Notes under the pieces: generated by a model
Databases searched by the model: none
What the model was told of the DNA's origin: nothing
What the model saw: only the letters and a program-made list of their open reading frames with translations
Position numbers and translations under genes: made by a program
Shown here: piece by piece, positions 12,411-24,104 of the stretch
Position numbering within the stretch: the stretch's first letter is position 1
How the letters are laid out: every line of letters begins with the position of its first letter
DNA from: Octopus bimaculoides
Lineage: Eukaryota
Length of the DNA stretch: 63,747 nucleotides
Assembly (NCBI RefSeq): GCF_001194135.2
Contig: NC_068987.1
Coordinates: 26,619,033-26,682,779 of the forward strand
Direction of reading: 5' to 3'

Positions 12411-13640
12411 GACAATGATAGACAACGTAAAAAAATACACCTGGTCGCAAAAGAAGTATTAACATATGCAGAAAACAAAGCAAAACAAAAATTCAAGTAA
12501 ATTAATTATTTAGTAAGTTGTGAACGGTAGAATAGAAATCGCCAGTTGAGCAAGAGAAACAATTGAATGTTTTCGTTCATATTTTCTATATTAAATATTT
12601 ACCTGTCCAATTTCCAGGTAGATAATGTATATATCAGATATGTAATCGGATCTATAGTATCAACTATACATCCATGCAAATGACTATTTTCATTTTCGAA
12701 TTATAAATCGAAATTAATTCCTTACATGAGTTATTTAGAAAAGATTCCTTAATTTTCTTTTATTACTCTATCATATCAATGGTATTTGTAGCACTGAAAA
12801 ATATAAAGAAACAGATATTGATTTATGACATGCGTACGAAGTTAGGTGATGAATGTAGGTAATTATCTCGATATCAAAATATTAGCCCTATTCAAATGAC
12901 TGGAAGTGAAGTAATGCTAGAATGGTGGACCAAAATTTAATAGAATTTAGTAACTTCACTTTACATTTTCAGTTCAAATGCCATCTAGGATATTTCATAC
13001 TTCATTATACTTAATTGATAGCATATCGACCAACAGCTTTTGTGTCCATTTTATGTACTTGAATTTAACCGATAGATTGAGTTCGTATTTCAAAGCACAA
13101 GGTTTAATACAATTAAATACATCGCATTGTATAGAATCCTGCACTTTATTTTCTGACCTAACTCCAATTTTAGACTCTATCATGGCTGTTTTGTGAAGTT
13201 CACTTCGCAAACATGTATTATTTGGAAAAGCGTCATCTAACTTAGCCTAGACCTTAGCAGTGTTTTGTGAGAAAAACATAATTTACTGAAACTATAGAAA
13301 TTCACGGAGGGACCGTTCTTATTTTGGAATGGTTGGCTTAATCTCTCTCCTAATTACAAGTATAATTCACGTGTCCAGTGTGAAGAACTTCCGTTTTCTC
13401 ATTCGCTTCAGAAAATATAGAAAACGGCATGCGCGCTGACATCCAGAAAGAGGGATGACAAAGCGGAGAGACGCTTGACAGTACGACAGCGCAACGAAGG
13501 ATCAATGGGCTTGCCGCCCGATCCGGGGTAAAATTGCAACGAAAAGGCATGGGAAACCATGCCCCCATGATCCCAGACCACGGGGGGAGAATAAAGGATC
13601 AAATAGGGACGGAAAAAAACGAAACAGACTTGGACCGGAA

Positions 13641-16408
13641 ATGGATAATGAGAAAGGATGCGGTAAAGGATTGGTAGACGAGGAATTCAGCTGCTGCGCA
13701 AAGGTGTTTGCTAGTTACATCGGGCTCAGAATCCATCAAGGGAAGGTATGTCAGAAGAAAGTAAGTCAACAACGCGGGTTGATGAACCGTAAGACGTGTG
13801 GCCAGGACCTCCGGGAAAATAACCATAGCGAGGGACATTCCACAGTTGAATTAGAACAGTCACAAACAGTGATAGGCGTGAAGAAGACAAAGATTAAGTG
13901 GCCGAAAGCAAATGACGCAGCAAGTTATAAGAAATTCGACAACGATGTATCAAGAATAACCACCAAATTCAAAGGCGACGACGAACAAAAGCTCGAGAAC
14001 CTGGCTTATACAATCTACCAGGAAGGAGAGAAAAGATTTGGACTGGAAACAACAGGGAGGTAGAATCACCGGCAAAGAGCGGACCATCGAGGAGAGAAAG
14101 ACCGATTGCAAAGATTCGAGAAGAGAAGAAAACACTCAGAACCAGATGGAGTGATGCAAAGGAGGAGGAAAGAGAAGGGCTAAAGCAGCTATATGAAGAA
14201 ATAAAAAAGAGGCATCGAGAACTAGTGAGAAAAGAAAGAAGGAAGAACAGAAGAAAGGAGAGAGAAAAGAACTATCGTAGCTTTTTGAACAATCCCTATC
14301 AATATGCGAAACATTTATTTACTGAAAGTAAAAGCGGAAAATTGGATTGCACAAAAAAAGAGCTCCAACAACATCTTAAAGAGACATACAGCGACTCTGA
14401 CAGAAATAAAGTACTCCCAGAAATGCACGGACTGAAGAAACCACCTGAACCAAGGGTACTTTTCGATTTGAGTGACATCAAACGGAAAGAAATAGAGGAG
14501 TTCATAAAAGCAAGAGCAAAAAGTTCACCAGGGAACGACGGTGTGAGCTACAAGGTTTACAAGTATTGNNNNNNNNNNNNNNNNNNNNNNNNNNNNNNNN
14601 NNNNNNNNNNNNNNNNNNNNNNNNNNNNNNNNNNNNNNNNNNNNNNNNNNNNNNNNNNNNNNNNNNNNNNNNNNNNNNNNNNNNNNNNNNNNNNNNNNNN
14701 NNNNNNNNNNNNNNNNNNNNNNNNNNNNNNNNNNNNNNNNNNNNNNNNNNNNNNNNNNNNNNNNNNNNNNNNNNNNNNNNNNNNNNNNNNNNNNNNNNNN
14801 NNNNNNNNNNNNNNNNNNNNNNNNNNNNNNNNNNNNNNNNNNNNNNNNNNNNNNNNNNNNNNNNNNNNNNNNNNNNNNNNNNNNNNNNNNNNNNNNNNNN
14901 NNNNNNNNNNNNNNNNNNNNNNNNNNNNNNNNNNNNNNNNNNNNNNNNNNNNNNNNNNNNNNNNNNNNNNNNNNNNNNNNNNNNNNNNNNNNNNNNNNNA
15001 CGTTAATGAAGCAATCCAAAAAGCAGGAATCCCCGGAATCCCTGGGTGCATAGAACACGCATTTGCCATCTGGGAAGCTATCACCTGTGCAAAACAACTG
15101 AAGAAAAACCTGCACATTGTTTGGCTAGATCTTGCCAATGCATATGGATCTGTTCCACACGCGGTAATTAGAGCAGCGATGGACTTCTTTTGGATTCCAA
15201 AAGATGTTCAACGAATGCTCATGTCCTACTACGACAACATGAGGATGGGATTTACAGCAGGAGAGTTCACAACGGAGTGGCAACGGCTAGAAGTAGGTAT
15301 TGCAGCCGGATGCACGATATCAGTCATCTTATTCGTGCTAGTCATGGAGATGTTACTAAAGTCAACAAACTGTGAGAAAGCTGCTATAAAGACAACATTA
15401 AGGGCATTTATGGACGACGTCACTCTACTATCGGAAAGTAGGGAAGCAGCAGAGAAATAAAAAAGAGGCATCGAGAACTAGTGAGAAAAGAAAGAAGGAA
15501 GAACAGAAGAAAGGAGAGAGAAAAGAACTACCGTAGCTTTTTGAACAATCCCTATCAATATGCGAAACATTTATTAGAGCGGTTGGATGAACTGATAGGA
15601 TGGGCAAGAATGAAATTCAAAGCCAAAAAATCTCGAAGCGTGGCTTTCGTGAAAGGAGTGCAAGAAGTAGTGAAATTCAGGATAGGAGGTGAAGACATAC
15701 CAACGGTGAAAGAACAACCAGTAAAGAGTCTCGGCAGATGGTATAGAGACTTATTAAATGATAAGAAGCAAAGGAAAAAGACATACGAGTTAGTAGAACA
15801 AGGATTGAAGGCAATTGACAGAACAACACTGCCGGGAAAATTCAAATGTTGGATACTGCAATTTGGACTGTACCCAAGGATAATGTGGCCATTGCAAATG
15901 TACGAAATAGCCTTGAGTAGAGTAGAAAGGATAGAACAAAGATGCAGTGTGTTTATCAGGAAATGGCTTGGTCTGCCGAAACCACTGAATACAACTGCAC
16001 TATATGGAAAACTCGTGCTGCAACTACTAATAGCATCGATCATCGAAGAATATAAAGCAGGAAAGGCGAGGACAGTAATGATGCTAAGGTATTCAAAAGA
16101 TCAGAGCATCCGAGAAAACCCTCCAAAGGTACGAACAGGGAGGAAATGCAATGCGGAAGAGGCAGTAAACAGGGCGATCGGAATACTGAGACATGCCGAT
16201 ATAGTTGGAGCAACGCAAGAAGCAAGAGCCGGCCTAGGGACGCGCAATTTCAGGCCGTTTTGCAAGAGCAGTATGAAAGAGATGAAAGAGGCAGTGGTAC
16301 ACGAAGTGAGAAAGGAGGAAGAAGAAAGGCGGAATGTACATTTGGTGCAATGTAGTGAACAGGGGCAGTGCCTGAGATGGGAGGAAAACGTGGTCAGTCG
16401 CAGAATCT
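13641..16408 (+). pseudogene. Disrupted Hero-like polyprotein (zinc finger and reverse transcriptase; CCHC/RLE region probably in the 16409-17261 gap)
   Basis: Three segments: 13641 to about 14060, a frameshift into ..EVESPAKSGPSRRERPIAKIREEKK.. through 15457, then a 113-bp insertion, resuming at LLERLDELIGWARMKF (15571). The endonuclease domain is not visible. Confidence 0.85.
15453..15575 (+). repeat. 123-bp internal duplicate of 14197-14319 inserted into the RT domain
   Basis: Identical to 14197-14319 except one substitution (actatcg vs actaccg). Confidence 0.95.
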
Positions 16409-18644
16409 NNNNNNNNNNNNNNNNNNNNNNNNNNNNNNNNNNNNNNNNNNNNNNNNNNNNNNNNNNNNNNNNNNNNNNNNNNNNNNNNNNNNNNNNNNNN
16501 NNNNNNNNNNNNNNNNNNNNNNNNNNNNNNNNNNNNNNNNNNNNNNNNNNNNNNNNNNNNNNNNNNNNNNNNNNNNNNNNNNNNNNNNNNNNNNNNNNNN
16601 NNNNNNNNNNNNNNNNNNNNNNNNNNNNNNNNNNNNNNNNNNNNNNNNNNNNNNNNNNNNNNNNNNNNNNNNNNNNNNNNNNNNNNNNNNNNNNNNNNNN
16701 NNNNNNNNNNNNNNNNNNNNNNNNNNNNNNNNNNNNNNNNNNNNNNNNNNNNNNNNNNNNNNNNNNNNNNNNNNNNNNNNNNNNNNNNNNNNNNNNNNNN
16801 NNNNNNNNNNNNNNNNNNNNNNNNNNNNNNNNNNNNNNNNNNNNNNNNNNNNNNNNNNNNNNNNNNNNNNNNNNNNNNNNNNNNNNNNNNNNNNNNNNNN
16901 NNNNNNNNNNNNNNNNNNNNNNNNNNNNNNNNNNNNNNNNNNNNNNNNNNNNNNNNNNNNNNNNNNNNNNNNNNNNNNNNNNNNNNNNNNNNNNNNNNNN
17001 NNNNNNNNNNNNNNNNNNNNNNNNNNNNNNNNNNNNNNNNNNNNNNNNNNNNNNNNNNNNNNNNNNNNNNNNNNNNNNNNNNNNNNNNNNNNNNNNNNNN
17101 NNNNNNNNNNNNNNNNNNNNNNNNNNNNNNNNNNNNNNNNNNNNNNNNNNNNNNNNNNNNNNNNNNNNNNNNNNNNNNNNNNNNNNNNNNNNNNNNNNNN
17201 NNNNNNNNNNNNNNNNNNNNNNNNNNNNNNNNNNNNNNNNNNNNNNNNNNNNNNNNNNNNNGTGACAGCTTGCTGGGGCTGCCTACTGGAGCCTAGCAGC
17301 AGGTATAAAAAGTGGAATTTGACATGACAATCAGTCGGACGCTGACACTCGTTAATGCTGCATCGAAGAGGCCAGGGAATAGAAGAAAGAAGACATGTAC
17401 CCAACACCAGAGCTGAAGACACCTCCGAAGGGGGGGGGGCGCCACGTCAAAACGGTAGAGGAGTAGGGGCCGAAACCAGACGTGGTTCCTCCTGATGATG
17501 TCTTGAGCTAACTGGATCCTATAAAGGAGCTGTTGTGGTAGCAGACCACGAAACATGGTTGAAATCCCTCCTAATTATACCATAAAATAATGACAGGATA
17601 GATATAGTTTTGTGAGACTGAAGTAAAAGAAGAAAGAAATCGAAAAATTATTATTGATTTATATCATTGGCAAAAAAAACCTATTTTGTTAGCTGAAAAG
17701 CATAATCAATAGAAACAATCGTAGTAATTGACAGATTCATATTTCATCAATCTCTGAATCGAACTCACAACTCAAAACGTCAAACATACACACATATATG
17801 AGTGAGTGTAATTTTAATCCTGGTATCCAAGCAACCAAATCTCAAGGACGAACCTCTGGTCAACCCGGAATTATAGGAAAGAACATTTGCCTACGATAAC
17901 AGATTCGAAGTCGGATCTTAATCACAGAGAAATGTCAGCACCTACAGAATAACCAATCAAAATATTTGCCTCTCAAAAGTTTCATAAAATGGTGCCTATA
18001 CTCAGTCGATTCTATAGTATGTAAGCTACACCTTGTTTCATCTACTACAGTATTTAACTGTTATGAATACTATAGGCAGTAATAGGCTGTGTAATGTTTA
18101 TTTGATCTTGACACACTTCATGAAGATAATATATTGCACTCAAACAAAAGAAAACATGTTAGAAGAATCAATGAAATTTCCCTCAAACCCATTAAGAAAG
18201 AACTTAATTTTGGCTACTGTATTCTTTCCTATGCTATTTGAAAAACAACGTAGGGGATATGATTATAACGACATTCAGTGTCGTCCTAGACATGGAGCTA
18301 GATAAAAATTATATAAGCTGGTGTGTCATGATAACATCATGAGATTTCGAAAGCAGCTCCTTGAGCAGCATTCCTTGTCTGATAACCTTAAAGAAGTCGC
18401 ACGACTCTACCGCAACGTACCATCAGATGAGCGTATATCAGCAGAAGATTATGCATGGATATGTTAGTAGAAAGCCCCGGGATGATAGTAAAATTGATCA
18501 CCAAATGACAAGGTAAATGACAAGGTATTTCTCCCTCATGTTGAAAAATGTGTAGTGTAAACAATTGTCGTAAACTAAATGAAAGGAAAGACAATATGTT
18601 AGATAATCTGATATCTTCCTCAATATTGATATACTTTAGTACAC

Positions 18645-19035
18645 AGACTATGTGGTTAAGAAGCACACTTTGCATCCACGTGGTTTCCGATTTAGCTCCG
18701 CTTTGCAGCACTTTAAGCAGATGTTTTCCACTCTAACACCGGAACGACAAATGTCTTGTGAATAGATTTAGTAGATGGTATTGTGTGGAAGCTGTCAGAT
18801 ATATATGTTCATGTGTGCGTGTGTGTGAGTATTGTTGTTTGTGGTTGTCACAGCACATCGTTCGGCAACCGATGTTTGTTGGTTAACATCCCTGTAAGAT
18901 AGTGGTTTAGGAAAAGAGTGCAATAAAATATGTACCAGACATAAACCCCCAAAGCACTATGGTCAATTTTTCTACTAAAACCTTGTTAAATTGTTGCCCC
19001 AGTAAATGGTAGTTTAACGACTGAAAGAAGTAAAG
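18645..19035 (+). mobile_element. Highly diverged SINE family A copy (head, TA/TG tract, body)
   Basis: tgtggttaagaagc... head, cttgtga.t.gattt.gtagatgg block, then a body collinear with 25-240 ending gactgaaagaagtaaa. Confidence 0.5.
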
Positions 19036-19424
19036 GTGGGAGAGGCACCGATTTGTAAGGGAGCTGTATATATTATTGCATCAACACATCTGTATGCCTG
19101 GCACTGTATGTATTGTTCGTTAACTTCTAAAAATCAGCCGAAACGTAGACGGATGTAACTAGATGGTTTTTGATCCAGTGTTATTTTTCTTAGCTCAATC
19201 CTAGTTCTAAGTAATAAAACTGTTTTCTTTCTGTGTTGTTTTTGGTTGCTTATTTAATCATACACTACTGGGACAATTCAAGATGATATGAGAATTTAAT
19301 TTCGTTTCAATTGTAGACATGATAATTTATTGAAGATGTTCAGGACAATTATATGAAGCCAAACTGTACCCAAGAAATTGAAAATTATGTCCCTTGTTTC
19401 TGGAAACATCAATATCGATGTATT

Positions 19425-19570
19425 AAATAGGAAGTTGTTTCAATATTGTAGGGGAGGTGTGTAGTTGATTAAGTAGGCAGAACTATATTATTGGTATTTA
19501 CTCTATTGAGTCCCTGAAGGGGTGGATCAGAAAGCCCATATCCTAATAGATATTAAAATTAGATTCGCCT
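19425..19570 (-). mobile_element. Very diverged SINE family B remnant
   Basis: Weak collinear similarity to the reverse complement of the family B 3' half. Confidence 0.3.
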
Positions 19571-19789
19571 ACAGGATTTAATGCTCAAGCGAAATCCGAT
19601 TACGGTAAATTCCCATTGAAGTTGTGGTTGCTTCAAAGAGATATAAAGCATATAATTTACAGTAAATCCCTTGATTATTCACATCTCGTCTTTAATGATT
19701 AATATTGTATCATGTGTATAAAAGGCAGAGAATTATTACAAATAATACAGAGGCAGGCTAAGAATAAATGCGTATGAAGAAAGATACAG

Positions 19790-19895
19790 GCAGTGAAGTG
19801 GCACAGTCATAAGAATACTGTATACAATGCTTACAATGCTACAGTTCTCTAGGTTCTAAGTTCAAATCTTGCCGAGAACAGTTTTACTCTTCATA
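19790..19895 (+). mobile_element. Diverged SINE family B head
   Basis: aggcagtgaagtggca... and gttctaagttcaaatcttgccgag resemble family B aggcggcgagctggca... and gttctgagttcaaattccgccgag. Confidence 0.4.
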
Positions 19896-21890
19896 ACTAA
19901 TAACAAATAGCAAGAATCGCTTCTTTCTTTCTCGAAATCGGAAGTGTATACTGTGAGAAGGAGAAAATCTAGAGCATCCGTTTCCGCCATCGATGAAGGA
20001 GTGTTGAACTTCTCATGGGAAAAAGACAATAAGCTATTTGTACTGCTTAATGGAGCCCGACTTGCAGTAGAAATCGGAATGAAGAAAGAAATATGGAGCT
20101 ATATTTATAAGTTTGTTCCTGCTTGATAGTGTTTTTGCTATTTCTTGTTATTTTTTTCTAAAACAATGTTTACACCATATGGAAGATTAAGTTATTCTAA
20201 AAAAGGTAATAAATTAAAATCTCCATACAAATAAACCCTTATAGGTATGAAATACTTTTCATGACAGCGCCCAGATTTAAACGGTAGTAACTTAACTTTA
20301 TTTCATCGTTGTTTCCGCCGAAAGCTTAAAACTAGTTCTCCCACATTTTATTCAACGTCTATATGTTCTTAACATCGTTATATCTATTATGTGAGAATAA
20401 TTTTCTAAAGTGCATTTTGCATGCTGATGTAAAGATAACAATGCCATCACCATTCAGGAATTTGCATTCTGCTCGCTTGTCCTCTTGTTGTCACCCTTGA
20501 TCTATCTAATCTTCCGAGCACCGCACTAATCATAGAGCACAATACTGCCTTCTCAGAATGTCATTCGTCTGGAATTCACTCCGTGTTCACGTCTTGCTGT
20601 ATCTGTTGACCTACAAATTTTGAAGAAGCATATTTATGGCCTCAGTCCCATTAGTCCACGAAGATATGTAAGGACTATGGTTATGTCCCTTCACTTTCGA
20701 ACGCGTAAGTGATAATAAATATATAAATCGTCCGGAATCTCCTCAGAGGAGAATCGTCGGATACATACATAAATACATACTGCCGAAACGTGCATGCTTA
20801 ACCGGATAAGAATTTTGAAGAATAAGACGAAGAAGTAGAGGTACCTAAAGGATGTGTATCACAGAAAACCAGCAACGCTGACGGTCCTTCGGCAGCAAAT
20901 TTGTACGGCATATGCAGTAGTCCCATTGAACACTTTTACCAAGCTGCAGTTCTCTGTACTAATAAATGTCTGTAAGCTAATGACCACTACTTTGTGCATA
21001 TACCATAATTCCAGAGGCTGAAGGTATCTGATATTCAGTTGGTGATGTGTGTGAATCAATTCAAGGTCAAACTAATTCTACGTTTTCTTTTGTTGAAGTG
21101 TGCATTCAACTTTTTGATGAGATTTTGAATATATATGTAATCCAATGAAAATAAAACAAAGAAAATTCTTCAATACATGATAAGTTAAAAATGTTTTCGT
21201 ACCATCACCCTTTGCAACGCCAGACATTGGAGAGGCACTTCCTCAGATTTGCATCAAAGGTGTCCTAATACATTGTGTGTCTTTCAGACCTTGTTGTTAG
21301 GAAAATATCGGGAGGGAATAAAACAGAAAAAAATTATAAGTGGGTATGCGGGATGAGTATATGGGGATGATATTATGTAGTGGGGGATCAAGATGTAGGA
21401 TAAGTATAATGATAGGAGGGAGAAAGGGAAGGAGGAAAGAGGATAAAGAATAGAATAAGAAGAATCAGAAAAAGAGGAAAAGGAAGAATTAGATACAGTG
21501 GTCAGTGCTGCACCTAACCCTAACCAGCCATATGTCTGCACTAATATGCATGTTAAGCATTGTACCATACAGTTATATGTTGATATATCAAAGCAGACAA
21601 AAAAGCTAGCTCATTAAATCACTAGAATATCATGGGTACACCAATAATACAACTCTAACTACATATACATCTTTATAAGATATGGTAATTAATCATATAT
21701 TAATTAATATCGATTAATTACCAGGAGGCCAGCACATCTAAAGAATCAAAGAGATTCAGAAATAGTATCTGCAATCCCAGGGGATTAAGGAACATTTTTA
21801 TATATAACGTTGACCACTAACGTGGACAATTAATGTGCTAGAAATAGATCACATCTTGTGTCTATTAAGACCTAAATTGTTCTCAACATG

Positions 21891-22054
21891 AAATATAGCA
21901 GCATACCAAAACGTAAGCGGGCAAGACATTTAAAATCACCTAAAAAAACACATTATTAAACAGGGACCGTTTTCGGATTTAACGAATCTTACCGATTGTC
22001 CATTCCTCTTCAGCCTGATTCGTAATGTAACCGTTTTGGTATGCTGCTATATTT
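21891..22054. repeat. Perfect 23-bp inverted repeat enclosing a hammerhead motif
   Basis: aaatatagcagcataccaaaacg (21891-21913) and cgttttggtatgctgctatattt (22032-22054). Confidence 0.95.
21961..22017 (-). ncRNA. Type I hammerhead ribozyme motif
   Basis: Minus strand reads CAGG-CTGAAGA-GGA[26 nt]TCC-GAAA-ACG-GTC-CCTG: stem I CAGG/CCTG, intact core CUGAAGA, G10.1-C11.1 pair, GAAA, and GUC triplet at 21967-21965. Stem III AACGGU is one change from the palindrome ACCGGU. Confidence 0.7.
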
Positions 22055-24104
22055 GGTATGNNNNNNNNNNNNNNNNNNNNNNNNNNNNNNNNNNNNNNNN
22101 NNNNNNNNNNNNNNNNNNNNNNNNNNNNNNNNNNNNNNNNNNNNNNNNNNNNNNNNNNNNNNNNNNNNNNNNNNNNNNNNNNNNNNNNNNNNNNNNNNNN
22201 NNNNNNNNNNNNNNNNNNNNNNNNNNNNNNNNNNNNNNNNNNNNNNNNNNNNNNNNNNNNNNNNNNNNNNNNNNNNNNNNNNNNNNNNNNNNNNNNNNNN
22301 NNNNNNNNNNNNNNNNNNNNNNNNNNNNNNNNNNNNNNNNNNNNNNNNNNNNNNNNNNNNNNNNNNNNNNNNNNNNNNNNNNNNNNNNNNNNNNNNNNNN
22401 NNNNNNNNNNNNNNNNNNNNNNNNNNNNNNNNNNNNNNNNNNNNNNNNNNNNNNNNNNNNNNNNNNNNNNNNNNNNNNNNNNNNNNNNNNNNNNNNNNNN
22501 NNNNNNNNNNNNNNNNNNNNNNNNNNNNNNNNNNNNNNNNNNNNNNNNNNNNNNNNNNNNNNNNNNNNNNNNNNNNNNNNNNNNNNNNNNNNNNNNNNNN
22601 NNNNNNNNNNNNNNNNNNNNNNNNNNNNNNNNNNNNNNNNNNNNNNNNNNNNNNNNNNNNNNNNNNNNNNNNNNNNNNNNNNNNNNNNNATATATATATA
22701 TATATATACATTCATTTAGGTATGTATTTTACAAATGGGCCTATATACACAGCACAATATAAAAGCAAGCACATATCCCGGTTTAAATATGAAAATTAAG
22801 ACATATATTCATACATTTAAACAGATATGGATGCACACACATGCATATATACATACATAACAGGATATAGAAATTCACACACACATATGTATATACATAC
22901 GGAGGTACACATACGTAAAAATACCTATATGTATATATATATACATATCTTAATATAACAAATATGTGTATTGGTTCATATGGACGCATATGTATATCAC
23001 CGCAGCTTAATGCTAAAAAAGTAAACACATCTACAAAATTGAATCTGCCAACTGTGTCATAAAAGTAAATTTAATGATTCATGTATAATGATAACAAAAG
23101 GAAACAATATTTAAGTTAGTGACAAACAGGAGTAAGTAGAGCTTTCAGGGTGTAGAATTACGGAACCATGAGGCCATTAGAAGGTAGCAGCTTCAATGAT
23201 ATGTAAAAAATAGTTCAGGCATTAAATATGAGTATAATAGACCGGAATGTCATATATTAATAGGTAAAATGTAATTTTACAAACAGCGGTTTGTCTGAAT
23301 ATGGTCTAATACTTGATCTACTATTAAGGCGGGACAAAATTATGGTTAACCGGGATAGGGAAGTATTCATTTTTATTGATGTAGTTTACAAAGTTTCTTA
23401 GTGTAGGTTTAATAATTAATAGTAAGGTTAGGTTTAATTTGCACATTGGGATGATTTGTATTTAAGACGGTAGCTTCCTGCTGATTCTATATGACTATAT
23501 TAAGACGAATATATAATACATAAGTAATTATTTTTGCTATTACTCCTCTTCAGAAGATGATGTACTGACACAATTTAAACTAATAAACTTAACATGTAAA
23601 ATGGTTGAAATTAAAACAAAACTAGAAATGTTTAAGACAGGAAGATATAAAATATATTTAAGAGAAACATATGTTCTCAAAGCGTAGAAACAGTTTACAG
23701 TGTTCTCATGTACTGACACGTTTTGTGTAGTTAATAATATGCAGTTTTTATTACGCCGTTATTTTGACATTTCTAAAGACGATGCTATAGTAATGTATTC
23801 ATTTAGAAATTCGTTGCCATCATACACAGTGCAGCGGACGTTCTCCGATAATTTATCATCAGAATTTTGTACATTATTTTCTCACTTTCTCAAGAGGACG
23901 AAAAGTAAAAGTTACACACAATAAGAGGGAGCGACTGTAATGAATCAAAATTCCACAGGATTTTCGTGCGATACACCAATATTTGTCACCCTACACCTGT
24001 GAACGTGTGTGTGTGTGTGTATACATAAATACACACACACACACACACTAGCAATGCATCACGGACTTACATCCATATTGTATTATTTGTTTCTTTCTTA
24101 TGGG

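Larger units (their letters stand above)
13357..17567 (+). mobile_element. Near full-length Hero-like non-LTR retrotransposon (R2 superfamily, RLE-type), about 4.2 kb, with two internal gaps
   Basis: GC-richer block containing an N-terminal zinc-finger-like CCAKVFASYIGLRIHQGKVC, RT motifs SPGNDGVSYKVYK, GIPGIPGCIEH, WLDLANAYGSVPH, GIAAGCTIS and AFMDD, then KFKAKKSRS, PVKSLGRW, KFKCWILQFGLYPRIMWPL, RTGRK and RAGLG, as I recall for Hero-clade proteins. Boundaries are inferred from the flanking ctcctaatta repeats. Confidence 0.85.

Noticed and set aside
20738-20792. Palindrome TCTCCTC-A-GAGGAGA plus downstream CCGAAACGTG as a hammerhead
   Set aside because: The core reads CAGAGGA, the triplet would be GUG (not NUH), and no stem I or II can be drawn; at most a very decayed remnant.
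21300-21535. Purine-rich tract ending in acctaaccctaacc as an interstitial telomere or Helitron end
   Set aside because: Only about two telomere-like units, and no Helitron terminal hairpin or CTRR end is identifiable.
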